This document shows, piece after piece, positions 6,459 to 14,952 of a stretch of DNA of 32,000 nucleotides. The stretch spans positions 2,220,001 through 2,252,000 of the forward strand of contig NZ_CP040006.1 in assembly GCF_005696695.1 (NCBI RefSeq), written 5' to 3'. The position numbers and the translations under genes were made by a program. Source of the stretch: Schaalia odontolytica. GTDB lineage: Bacteria; Actinomycetota; Actinomycetes; Actinomycetales; Actinomycetaceae. Every line of letters starts with the position of its first letter. Position 1 is the stretch's first letter. Under the pieces are notes generated by a model. The model was not told where the DNA came from. It saw nothing but the letters and a program-made list of their open reading frames with translations, and did not search any database.

Positions 6459-7567
6459 AGCCCGACCCGTCGGGCGAGGGAGGACCAGGCCTCGTGCGTG
6501 GTGACGCAGCCATCGGCGGTGGCACTGAGAGCGAGCGCGCACTCGAGTGACCCGCGGGCGCGCGTAAGGACCCCGACCTCGGACACCCAGCGGTGCCCGG
6601 AGGGGGCTCGGCGCAGGTGGAGGACGGCGTCGATGGCGCTGGCGGCCTGGGCGGCGACCGCACTTTCGCTCATCCCGGCGAGCGCTCCAAGGGCAGCGAG
6701 CCGTGCGGGCACGTCACGCGCCCCATTGGCGTGGATCGTCGCCCATCCTCCGTCATGCCCGGTGTTGAGAGCGGTGAGGACGTCGCGCACTTCGGGGCCT
6801 CGACACTCGCCGAGGATGAGGCGGTCGGGGCGCATGCGCATGGCCGCGCACACGAGGTCGGCGAGGGTGACCGCGCCCCTCCCCTCGACATTGGGTGCGC
6901 GCTCGATGAGGTGCACGCAGTGCGGGTGCGCGGGCGCGATTTCGGCGACCTCTTCGACGCAGACGATCCGCTCACCAACGGGGACAAGGGCAAGCGCGGC
7001 GCTCAGGAGCGTCGTTTTTCCGCTTCCTGTCGCCCCACTGACGAGGACGTTGGCGCGCGAGGCGACAAGGGCCCGCAGGAGCGTCCCCACCTCGCCGGGC
7101 AAAGTCCCACAGGCCTCGAGATCCGCAATGCCCAGCCGACGGGTGCCGAGGACGCGCAGAGAGATGAGTGTGCCGGATCCCGACACGGGGGCGAGGACCG
7201 CGTGGAGGCGCACGCCCCCGGGCAGGGTGCCGTCCGCGATGGGGCGCGCATCGTCGAGGCGCACGCCGCACGCGCTCGCGAGGCGGATGGCGGCGCGGCG
7301 GGCGTCCGCATCGTCTCGGATCCCTGCGTCCACGCGCACGAGGCCGCCCCCTCGGTCGACCCACGCCTGGGGACCGTTGATGAGGACGTCGGTGACGGCT
7401 GGGTCGTCGAGGAGGCGCGCGAGGGGCGGGTCCATGCCGCGTTGCCGGGCGCGTAGGGACTCCAGGGTGGAGGTGACCGCGGCGGCTCCGCAGCCGGGCG
7501 GAGCGCACGCGGCGGCCGCACGAGCGGGGTCCTCACCGTGGGCGAGCAGGCGCAGCGCGTCACGCAT
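6455..7567 (-). CDS. tadA: TadA/CpaF-family secretion ATPase
   Basis: It carries Walker A (VSGATGSGKTTLL), Walker B / Asp box (PDRLILGECRG) and a His box (TGHDGGWATIHAN). ATG 7567 overlaps the upstream gene end (7560) by 8 nt. Confidence 0.9.
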   Translation of the reverse strand: MRDALRLLAHGEDPARAAAACAPPGCGAAAVTSTLESLRARQRGMDPPLARLLDDPAVTDVLINGPQAWVDRGGGLVRVDAGIRDDADARRAAIRLASACGVRLDDARPIADGTLPGGVRLHAVLAPVSGSGTLISLRVLGTRRLGIADLEACGTLPGEVGTLLRALVASRANVLVSGATGSGKTTLLSAALALVPVGERIVCVEEVAEIAPAHPHCVHLIERAPNVEGRGAVTLADLVCAAMRMRPDRLILGECRGPEVRDVLTALNTGHDGGWATIHANGARDVPARLAALGALAGMSESAVAAQAASAIDAVLHLRRAPSGHRWVSEVGVLTRARGSLECALALSATADGCVTTHEAWSSLARRVGL

Positions 7568-8573
7568 GACGTGCCTCGATCGCGAGGAACTCACCCGGTG
7601 ACGACGCGGCCCCACCTCCATGCGCGGAGGAGGCGGATCCGAGGGCGCGCATCAGCGCGCGCAGGTCCCGCCCGGGGCGCGTTGGGGCGCGCAGGATGGG
7701 CCCGGGGGCGCACGCGCGCAGACCGGCTCCCCAACGCTCGCCAGCACTCACGAGCGTGATCGCGGGACATGGAGGGGGAACCGCCGCGCATGTCGCCGAC
7801 AGAGCGGCGGCTCCCTCCAGGTCCCCGTGAGTCACGACGATAAGCGCGTCGGCGTGGATCGCGGACACGCATCGGGCGGCTCGCTCGTCCCATCGGCCTG
7901 CGTCCACGATGAGGGGCGCGTCGAGGGATCGGCACGCCGCGACCACGCGGGGATCGTCGGCGGCGGCACCGCCTCGGGAGTCCCCGACGAGGGCCCGCAC
8001 GTCCCCAACGACGGGCAGGTACTCGCGTAGTGAGGGCAGATACGAGTCTTCGGAGGCGTCGAGATCCGCCCAGCGCACGCCGGGCACATCATGGTCAGCC
8101 GCGAGCGCGACACCGGGCACGGACCCGGACGCGTCGACAACAACCGCCTCGCCCGACCCCGCTCGGCGGACACCGCGCTCCCCGCGCCGCACACTCCCTC
8201 GGACACCCCGACGACGCCCGCACTCACGTGCCAGCAGCCGCACAATGCCGGTGACCCCAACCCCTCCGGCGATCCCGGCGACCACCCACACCGCACCCGA
8301 GCGGCGAGTTTGCGCACAGGCCTCGGCGATGAGGGACACGAGGAGCGCGCTATCCCCCGGCAGCCTCACCTGACCGCCCTGCCCGACGCGCACGCAGGGC
8401 GCTCCCTCGGGCACGGGAGCCGACGGGGAGGCCAGGATCAACGAGGCCTGGCCCGGGTTCGAGCACACGCGCGCCCCCGCGAGCACCGCGGCATCGCGCG
8501 CACCATCGAGGTCGGGCGGGGCGAAGCCGACGAGGGCGACGGTTCCTCGAGGTGGGGTGACGTGGGCGTTCAT
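7560..8573 (-). CDS. TadZ/CpaE-like, Ssd-like (Rv3660c-type) protein
   Basis: It sits directly upstream of tadA. A degenerate P-loop-like region is present (VWVVAGIAGGVGVTGIV). I start it at ATG 8573 (MNAHVTPPRGTVALVGF), because the track extension to 8771 would overlap the divergent HAD gene and its promoter gap. Confidence 0.7.
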   Translation of the reverse strand: MNAHVTPPRGTVALVGFAPPDLDGARDAAVLAGARVCSNPGQASLILASPSAPVPEGAPCVRVGQGGQVRLPGDSALLVSLIAEACAQTRRSGAVWVVAGIAGGVGVTGIVRLLARECGRRRGVRGSVRRGERGVRRAGSGEAVVVDASGSVPGVALAADHDVPGVRWADLDASEDSYLPSLREYLPVVGDVRALVGDSRGGAAADDPRVVAACRSLDAPLIVDAGRWDERAARCVSAIHADALIVVTHGDLEGAAALSATCAAVPPPCPAITLVSAGERWGAGLRACAPGPILRAPTRPGRDLRALMRALGSASSAHGGGAASSPGEFLAIEARHA

Positions 8574-8621
8574 GGGACGACGATGCGCCCGCACCGATTG
8601 TCTCGTCCACCCGCGTGCGCG

Positions 8622-8698
8622 CCCCTGTGGACAACGCCAACCCGAGGTGCGAGGCTGTGCATAGAGGGGTCCGATGGAGGACCCCTGTGGATTGATCC
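8622..8698 (-). promoter_or_regulatory. Pair of CCCCTGTGGA(C/T)... boxes 60 bp apart in the tadZ / HAD divergent gap
   Basis: CCCCTGTGGACAAC lies at 8622-8635 (gene-sense GTTGTCCACAGGGG) and CCCCTGTGGATTGATCC at 8682-8698. A hairpin GGGGTCC-N6-GGACCCC at 8666-8685 overlaps the second box. Confidence 0.45.
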
Positions 8699-8716
8699 AA
8701 CGCTGGAGTAGACGCA

Positions 8717-9487
8717 ATGGTACGCGCGGCCTTTTTCGACCTGGATAAGACGATTCTGGACACGTCCTCAAACGTGGCGCTCTCGGGTCCGTTCATCGAG
8801 GCCGGCCTCATGAACCGTCGGACCGCGCTCACCTCCGTCCTGGTTCAACTGCCCTACCTGCTCGCGGGCGCGGACGAGTCCCGCATGGAGCAGATGGCGC
8901 AGGCCCTGGGGCGCATGGGGCGAGGCTGGAACGCCGCTTTCCTCGAGGCAACGGTGGAGGACGCGCTCGAGCGCACGATCCAGCCAGTCTGCTACGCGCA
9001 GGCCCTCGCGCGCATCGAGCAGCACAAGCGCGCGGGAGACGTCGTCGTCATCGCGTCGGCATCGGTCGAGCAGGTGGTACGTCCCATCGCGAAGATGCTG
9101 GGGGCTGACGAGGTTCTCGCCTCGCGCGCGGCGGTCGACGAGGACGGGTGTTTCACGGGCGAGATCACGCACTTCAACCAGGCTCAGGGAAAGGCGGATG
9201 CCTGCGAGGCCCTGGCTCGCGCGCGCGGCTGGGACCTGTCGGAATGTTCGGCGTACTCGGATTCGGTGTCGGACGCACCGCTCCTGCGCCTCGTCGGCCA
9301 CCCCTACGCGGTCAACCCGGACCGCGGCCTGCGCGAGATGGCGCAGCGCGAAGGCTGGCCCACCCTCACGTTCACGTCCACGGTGCGCGTCCTGCCGCGC
9401 GAGGTTCCCACGCCCGCGAAGGTCGCGGTGCCTTTCATCGCCGGCGTCGCCGTGGGCGCGGCGGCCTGCGCGCTCCTGCGCCGCTGA
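8717..9487 (+). CDS. HAD-IB family hydrolase (SerB-like, Rv3661-like) with a C-terminal TM segment
   Basis: HAD motifs are present: FFDLDKT (motif I), IASAS (motif II) and YSDSVSDAPLL (motif IV). GGAG lies 8 nt upstream of the ATG. The gene is divergent from tadZ, as I recall for mycobacteria. Confidence 0.85.
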   Translation: MVRAAFFDLDKTILDTSSNVALSGPFIEAGLMNRRTALTSVLVQLPYLLAGADESRMEQMAQALGRMGRGWNAAFLEATVEDALERTIQPVCYAQALARIEQHKRAGDVVVIASASVEQVVRPIAKMLGADEVLASRAAVDEDGCFTGEITHFNQAQGKADACEALARARGWDLSECSAYSDSVSDAPLLRLVGHPYAVNPDRGLREMAQREGWPTLTFTSTVRVLPREVPTPAKVAVPFIAGVAVGAAACALLRR

Positions 9488-9496
9488 GAAACAGCC

Positions 9497-10333
9497 CTAG
9501 GAGAGGCGGCCCGCCTGCACGTGGCGGGCGACGTCGCGCCCCACCTGGGCGCCGTAGACGACTCCCGCGCAGTAGTGGATGATCCACCGGGCCAGGCCGG
9601 CCTCGTCGGCGCTCACCCACCCGGCGAGTTCGCGTCCCGCGCGCGCCGGATCGAGCGCGTCGTAGGCACTGGGCACGCACACGCCGGTCGGGTCAACGCC
9701 TCGGGTGACGAGGATCCACCGCGCTAGTCCGCCTCCCACGACGGACGAGGCCGGGTCAAAGACGCGCCGGAAACGGAAGTGTGCGGTCAGGGCGGCGGCG
9801 ACCGCGAGGGCGGGCGCATCGACGCGCGTGTAGGCGAGGGCGGGCGCGAGCAGGGACGGGTCGGCGGGCACGGCGACGGACCGCGACTCAACAAGGCCGG
9901 CGGCAACAAGCCCCGAGCAGGCATCCCTGTGCAGTCCCGCGATCAGTGCGGGAAGGGGCGTGGGGGCAACGCGCGCACCCCCCTGGGATCGGGTGTTGAG
10001 CGCGGGGAAGCGCGAGGCCAGGTTCCACTGCGAGCGCCAGATCCCCAGCGCGAGGGCGGCCCCCGGATCCGAGGCCGCTCCCCCTTCGTCAGCCATGGAC
10101 AGGGCACGCACGTCGTCGACGCTCGTGCGAGCACCCTCGATGATGGACAGGGCGGCGGCCTCGCGCACGGCGGCCTCCGCGCGCGCCTCCTCCCAGCCTC
10201 GGCGCAGTCCCTCGCTAAAGCGCAGGTCGGCGAGGGCCGCGTGGGCCTCGTTCATGGCGGAGGCGACGTCGGGGCGGGCTGCCGCCGCACGCAACACGGC
10301 GGGTGCGGGGTCGACGAGGGCTTCGATACTCAC
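9497..10333 (-). CDS. Conserved hypothetical protein
   Basis: This is a 278-codon frame with normal composition and high GC3, starting at GTG. The opposite-strand ORFs over it are Arg/Gly-rich. I cannot see a diagnostic motif. Confidence 0.65.
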   Translation of the reverse strand: MSIEALVDPAPAVLRAAAARPDVASAMNEAHAALADLRFSEGLRRGWEEARAEAAVREAAALSIIEGARTSVDDVRALSMADEGGAASDPGAALALGIWRSQWNLASRFPALNTRSQGGARVAPTPLPALIAGLHRDACSGLVAAGLVESRSVAVPADPSLLAPALAYTRVDAPALAVAAALTAHFRFRRVFDPASSVVGGGLARWILVTRGVDPTGVCVPSAYDALDPARAGRELAGWVSADEAGLARWIIHYCAGVVYGAQVGRDVARHVQAGRLS

Positions 10334-10338
10334 CCCTC

Positions 10339-10345
10339 TACACTA
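10339..10345. promoter_or_regulatory. Overlapping back-to-back -10-like hexamers for two leaderless divergent genes
   Basis: TACACT (10339-10344, plus strand) lies 6 nt before ATG 10351. TAGTGT (10345-10340, minus strand) lies 6 nt before GTG 10333. The whole intergenic gap is only 17 bp. Confidence 0.35.
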
Positions 10346-10350
10346 GGGGC

Positions 10351-11280
10351 ATGACGCTTTTGCAGCATCGAAACCTCTCCGCGCGCCTGCGCTCAGGGTT
10401 GTTCGCGTTCGTTTTCGCCCCGATCGCCCTGGTGTTCCTGGGGTCCTCGATGGTCGACGTACAGGCGTTGGCCTCGGTCGGCCAGCCCCTGGCCTCGGTC
10501 GAGGGGCTCATCGGCATGGCGCTCGCGTCACTGCTGCTGGCCCTCATCGCCCTCAATTGCGAGGAGTCGAGCGCGGGCATGGTCGTGACCTTCGTGTGGT
10601 CGATCGTCGTGGGGGTGGCCCAGTTCTTCGGCGTGGCGCGCCTTCCTTTTCTCATGAAGTCATCCGTGGGCGCCGAGGATGTCATCGCGGGCGTGTCCTG
10701 GTGCCTCTACCCGGTGTGCATGTCGCTCATGCTCGGCGCGTGCGCGCTGACGATCAAGTCGGTGCGAGTGCGCGCCGGTAAGAGCACGCGCGTGCCTCTG
10801 GCCCGCGTGCACCGCCACGGATTCGGCACGACGGTAGCGCTTCCCGCGGCGGTCGCGGCGGGCACGCTGATGGTCGCGGCGGCCCCCTCGGACACGACGA
10901 ACGTCGCGGCCATGGGCCTGGAGGGGGTCACCGAGGGCTTCGAGCCGATGCACTGGCTCGCGCTCGGAGCGGGCGTCGCGTTCGCGGTGCTCGTCGTGAG
11001 CGCCCGCTGGTCGATCACGGGCACGCAGATCGCGAGCTGGTTCATTTTGGTGCTCCCCACGTACGTCGTGCTGCCCGTGTGGGCGTCGCTGACGGGCAAC
11101 GTGATCGTCCCCGGCCCGTCCCTGCTGACGAAGATCGCGCTCGCGAGCCCGCCGCTGGCGGCCCTCGGAATGGCGACCGGCTGCGCTTCGATGGGTGTCC
11201 TGTGGGCCCGCGTGCGGGCGCTCAAGAAGCTCGAGACGGATGAGGATTCGACGGCAAAAGAGGGGCCTGCCGAGGGCTAA
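10351..11280 (+). CDS. Polytopic membrane protein, hypothetical
   Basis: The 309-aa product has about 8 hydrophobic segments. I use ATG 10351 (MTLLQHRNLSARLRSGLFAFVFAPIALVFLG), because the track start at 10303 would overlap the divergent gene. Confidence 0.75.
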   Translation: MTLLQHRNLSARLRSGLFAFVFAPIALVFLGSSMVDVQALASVGQPLASVEGLIGMALASLLLALIALNCEESSAGMVVTFVWSIVVGVAQFFGVARLPFLMKSSVGAEDVIAGVSWCLYPVCMSLMLGACALTIKSVRVRAGKSTRVPLARVHRHGFGTTVALPAAVAAGTLMVAAAPSDTTNVAAMGLEGVTEGFEPMHWLALGAGVAFAVLVVSARWSITGTQIASWFILVLPTYVVLPVWASLTGNVIVPGPSLLTKIALASPPLAALGMATGCASMGVLWARVRALKKLETDEDSTAKEGPAEG

Positions 11281-11334
11281 TGCGCGCAAGCGCTCACCCT
11301 GACCGTAATATGTGGGCAGATATAAGGAGGAAGC

Positions 11335-13122
11335 ATGTCTGATAACGAGTTTGACGCCCAGCGCGACCGCGCCGAGGAGGTACCTGACAACCTGGTGCTG
11401 ACCGGTGAGGAAATCGAGCTGCCCGGTGAGGATTCCGACGCGTCGGCGATCATCGGCGAGTCCAGCGAGCCCATCCACACGGGCGAAATCGAGGCCGTCG
11501 CGATCGGCGGCCTGACGGGCCGCGTGCCGGCCGCAGCGCCGCTCAAGCCGACGATCGAGGACAAGATCTCCACGGGCGAGCTGCCCGTCGTGTCCGCCCC
11601 CGAGGGCGATCTCCCGGTCGTTTCTTCCTCCGACGAGGCCGACTCCGCCCCCGAGCAGGAGCAGACCGAGCAGGAGTCCGCCGCCGACGCTCCGGCCGCC
11701 GACCAGGGCGCCGATGAGTCTGCCGAGGCCGACGCTCCGTCCGCAGAGGCGACCGATGAGTCCGAGACCACCAATGAGGCCCCCGCTGAGGAGGCCCCCG
11801 AGGAGCAGGCTCCCGCAGACGACACCGCTTCCGACGAGCCCGCCCCCGCCTCGTCGAACGAGGAGGGCGAGCAGCCCGAGGCCTCCGCGGACCAGCCGGA
11901 AGAAGGCGGGAATTCCTTTGCTTCCCTGCTCTCCTCCGCAGACGAGGACGCAGCAGGCGAGGCGACCGAGGACGTGACCGAGGATCCGGAGCCCGCGCTC
12001 GCCCCCGTCATGACGCCCGCGCAGGCGGCCGCCGCCCTGAGCGAGGCCAACGACGAGGCGACCGACGATACTTCCGACGAGGCCGAGGCCCCCTCGAGCG
12101 ACGATCAGCCCTCCGAGGACGAGCCGGCCGAGAGCGAGGTCGCCGCAGTCGGTGGCGCAGCCGCCGAGGCCTCCGCGCACTCGCCGTCCTCGCGCCGCTC
12201 CATGATCTTCGGCGACGACGAGACCCTGTCCTCCTCGATTCCCGCGGTCGCGGCCGAAGAGGAGAACGCTCCCGCCGAAACCTCCGCGGAGGAAGAGCCC
12301 GTGGCTGAGGAGGAGGCCCCCTTCACCGAGCCGACGACCCAGCTGCCGACGCAGGACACCGAGGCCTCGTACTCCTTCGAGGATCAGGATGCCGCCGAGG
12401 CCGCACGCCCGCGCCGCCGCTCCCTGCTGGGCGAGGGGAACGAGGACAGCGAGGCGGCAACCCTGGCAGCCATCGCGTCGACCGCCGCGCGCGGCGACAA
12501 GTCCGACGCGCCTTCGAGCCTGGACGACGAGCTCTTCTCCGCCGCCCCCGAGATCACGGAGATGCCCTCGCGCACGGGCGCCCACTGGCTGTCCTTCCTG
12601 CTCTTCCTGCTGCTCGTGCCCGCCGGCTGGTACCTGGCCGCCGACGCGGGTGCCCGAATGACTCTGGCGGACACCGCCCCCATCTACACGGGCGTCGCCT
12701 CGATCGTGGCCCTGGGCGAGATCCTCGGCGCGATCGTCATCTCCGCGATCCTTTTTGTGACCGCGCGCCGCTCGTCGCTGGGCGCCTGGCTGATGGGCAT
12801 CGTGACCCTCATCGTGGGTCTGCCGTGGCTCATGGCCCCCGGCATCACGGAGGCGTCGGTGCTGTCTACGCTCACCGCGCTGACCAACACGGGTTCCCTG
12901 GGCGCAAACCTGTCGCATCACCTGCAGGCCTCCGGCTACTCCGGCCGCTTCGCGCTGCTGGGCATCGCCCTCATGGGCCTGGCCTACGTGTCCCACTCGG
13001 CACGCCGCACGGGTCGCGCCGAGGAAGCGCTGCGCGTCTCGCTCGAGTCCACCAACCCGGCGGGCGCCTTCTACTCCAAGCGCGCCCGTAAGAAGGCAGC
13101 GAAAGAAGCGGCCCGCAAGTGA
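11335..13122 (+). CDS. Membrane protein with a roughly 400-aa highly acidic disordered N-terminal region and about 4 C-terminal TM helices
   Basis: A strong RBS, AAGGAGG, lies 5 nt upstream of the ATG. The N-terminal Asp/Glu/Ala/Ser/Pro-rich sequence is followed by WLSFLLFLLLVPAGWYLAA...LGIALMGLAYV and a basic tail. Confidence 0.8.
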   Translation: MSDNEFDAQRDRAEEVPDNLVLTGEEIELPGEDSDASAIIGESSEPIHTGEIEAVAIGGLTGRVPAAAPLKPTIEDKISTGELPVVSAPEGDLPVVSSSDEADSAPEQEQTEQESAADAPAADQGADESAEADAPSAEATDESETTNEAPAEEAPEEQAPADDTASDEPAPASSNEEGEQPEASADQPEEGGNSFASLLSSADEDAAGEATEDVTEDPEPALAPVMTPAQAAAALSEANDEATDDTSDEAEAPSSDDQPSEDEPAESEVAAVGGAAAEASAHSPSSRRSMIFGDDETLSSSIPAVAAEEENAPAETSAEEEPVAEEEAPFTEPTTQLPTQDTEASYSFEDQDAAEAARPRRRSLLGEGNEDSEAATLAAIASTAARGDKSDAPSSLDDELFSAAPEITEMPSRTGAHWLSFLLFLLLVPAGWYLAADAGARMTLADTAPIYTGVASIVALGEILGAIVISAILFVTARRSSLGAWLMGIVTLIVGLPWLMAPGITEASVLSTLTALTNTGSLGANLSHHLQASGYSGRFALLGIALMGLAYVSHSARRTGRAEEALRVSLESTNPAGAFYSKRARKKAAKEAARK

Positions 13123-14024
13123 AAACTCTGATTCCCGCCAGCGCGATCGAGCTTGAGGGTCCGTGGACCCATCGGCACGTGAGCGCTGGCGGCGCCGCAT
13201 TCCACGTCGCCGACATGGGCGAGGGCATGGACCATGCGCTCGTCCTCCTGCACGGCTTCCCCGAGCACTGGTGGGCATGGCGCGACGTCCTGCCCGCCCT
13301 CGCGGAGTCGACCTCGCGCGTGTTCGCCCTTGATTTGCGAGGCTTCGGTACCTCCGACCTGACGCGCGGAGACTGCGACCTACAGCAGATGGCGAACGAT
13401 GTGATCGGCGTTGTGCGCGCCCTCGGCGTGGCATCGTTCTCCGTGGCCGGCATGGGGATCGGCGGCACGGTCGCGTGGATGATCGGGGCGCTGGCCCCCC
13501 TCGAACTGCGATCGGTGGCCGTCCTGTCGGCGCCGCACCCCCTCGGCGTCCAGCCCGTGATCGGTCGCGCGCCCTGGGCGGGTGGCCGCGTCCTGCAGGG
13601 TCGCCTCGCGCTGCCCACCGGGCGTGAGCGCGCGCTGCGTTCGGGTGCTCTCGTGACGACCGTGTTCCGCGCGTGGGCCTCGCCCGGGAACGTCGACGCC
13701 CTCGTCTCCCAGTCGGGCACGTACCGCGCCGCGCTGCGTCGCCCCTTCGCGGCGCATACCGCGCTGCGTGGCCTGAGCGCCGCCCGCAAGATCTCGCGTG
13801 AAGAGCGCCGACTGCTGTCGGAGCCTGTGCGCGTGCCCGTCCTGTCCCTCGTCGGGCGCGACGACGGGGCATGGTCGGCGCTGGATCACGCGGCGGACGC
13901 CCAGTTCGTGGATGCGCCGCTGACGCAGATCGTCATTCGCGAGGCCGGACACTTCCTCCCCGAAGAAGCACCGCAGGCTGTGGCCGAGGCTCTGTCAGAG
14001 CACGTCGGCGCGCACGCTCAGTAA
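13119..14024 (+). CDS. Alpha/beta hydrolase, epoxide-hydrolase-like (EphE-like)
   Basis: It carries LLHGFPEHWWAWRDV and DLRGFGTSD motifs, with GMGIGG in the nucleophile-elbow position. The GTG start lies in a GTGA overlap with the upstream stop (13119-13122). Confidence 0.85.
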   Translation: MKTLIPASAIELEGPWTHRHVSAGGAAFHVADMGEGMDHALVLLHGFPEHWWAWRDVLPALAESTSRVFALDLRGFGTSDLTRGDCDLQQMANDVIGVVRALGVASFSVAGMGIGGTVAWMIGALAPLELRSVAVLSAPHPLGVQPVIGRAPWAGGRVLQGRLALPTGRERALRSGALVTTVFRAWASPGNVDALVSQSGTYRAALRRPFAAHTALRGLSAARKISREERRLLSEPVRVPVLSLVGRDDGAWSALDHAADAQFVDAPLTQIVIREAGHFLPEEAPQAVAEALSEHVGAHAQ

Positions 14025-14204
14025 CCGGTTTTTCATTAGACAGGTCACACAAAACGCGAAATGAAGCCCATTTCACCTGATAGATAGGGCATAATGGTGT
14101 GATGCGCGGTACCTCCTCGTGAGTGGTATTACGTATGGGATCCACTGCGCAATCCAAATCGAAACGCCCGAGCAATCGGGCACGAGCGGAAGGAGCTCCG
14201 CACC

Positions 14205-14888
14205 ATGATCGGTGACGGAAACTTCATCAGCCAGGTGCCGCTGTTCGGTGGCCTTGATGATGCACAGCAGGTGTCCCTCCAGCAGAAGATGGGTCACACG
14301 ACCCTGCGTCGCGGAGAGACTCTCTTCGACGAAGGCGATCTCGGCGATCGCCTGTACATCGTGACCGAGGGCAAGGTGAAGCTCGGCCACACGTCCAGCG
14401 ACGGCCGCGAGTCTCTGCTCGCAGTCCTGGGCCCCGGAGAGATCATCGGTGAGCTCACGCTCTTCGATCCGGGTCCGCGCTCAACCACCGCAACCGCCGT
14501 TTCCCCGGCGTCCCTCCTCTACCTCGAGCACGAGGATCTCATGCACGTGCTCGACACCAACCCGACCCTGGCCAAGCACATGCTGCGCGCCCTCGCGCAG
14601 CGCCTGCGCCGCACCAACGAGTCCCTCTCGGATCTCGTGTTCTCCGACGTTCCCGGCCGCGTCGCCAAGGCCCTCCTGGACCTTGCAGATCGCTTCGGCA
14701 CCGCGACCGACAAGGGCGTCCACGTCCCCCACGACCTCACGCAGGAAGAGCTCGCCCAGCTGGTCGGCGCCTCCCGTGAGACCGTGAACAAGTCTCTGGC
14801 CGACTTCGTGTCGCGCGGCTGGATCCGTCTGGAAGGTCGCGCCGTGACCCTCCTCGACGTTGATCGCCTGGCGCGTCGCGCTCGCTGA
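14205..14888 (+). CDS. crp: Crp/Fnr-family cAMP receptor protein (Crp/GlxR orthologue)
   Basis: The cNMP domain reads RGETLFDEGDLGDRLYIVTEGKVKL...GELTLFDPGPRSTTATA. The HTH region RETVNKSLADFVSRGWIRLEGRAVTLLDVDRLARRAR is close to mycobacterial Crp as I recall it. GGAAGGAG lies upstream of the ATG. Confidence 0.95.
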   Translation: MIGDGNFISQVPLFGGLDDAQQVSLQQKMGHTTLRRGETLFDEGDLGDRLYIVTEGKVKLGHTSSDGRESLLAVLGPGEIIGELTLFDPGPRSTTATAVSPASLLYLEHEDLMHVLDTNPTLAKHMLRALAQRLRRTNESLSDLVFSDVPGRVAKALLDLADRFGTATDKGVHVPHDLTQEELAQLVGASRETVNKSLADFVSRGWIRLEGRAVTLLDVDRLARRAR

Positions 14889-14903
14889 CCGCAGCCTACA
14901 CAG

Positions 14904-14947
14904 GGTTGGGCCCGACACCGTGAGGTGTCGGGCCCAACCTTTTGCTT
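14904..14947 (+). terminator. Intrinsic terminator of crp
   Basis: A perfect 16-bp stem, GGTTGGGCCCGACACC-GTGA-GGTGTCGGGCCCAACC, is followed by TTTTGCTT. It lies 16 nt after the crp stop. Confidence 0.85.
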
Positions 14948-14952
14948 GACGA

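Noticed and set aside
6498-7601. 367-aa and 287-aa plus-strand ORFs opposite tadA
   Set aside because: The minus frame carries Walker A/B and the His box of TadA ATPases. The plus frames are Arg/Ser/Ala-rich shadows.
10660-13872. 1070-aa minus-strand ORF, the longest in the track
   Set aside because: The product is extremely Arg/Gly/Ala-rich with no motifs. It lies antisense to three well-supported plus-strand genes (membrane protein, acidic membrane protein with a strong RBS, alpha/beta hydrolase). This is a typical high-GC shadow frame.
14034-14112. Crp autoregulatory site upstream of crp (TGTGATGCGCGGTACC at about 14097; TCACA half-site at 14045; palindrome GAAATG-N5-CATTTC at 14058-14074)
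   Set aside because: Only one half-site matches in each candidate (2 of 5 in the partner), and the palindrome has the wrong spacing for TGTGA-N6-TCACA. This is not strong enough to call.
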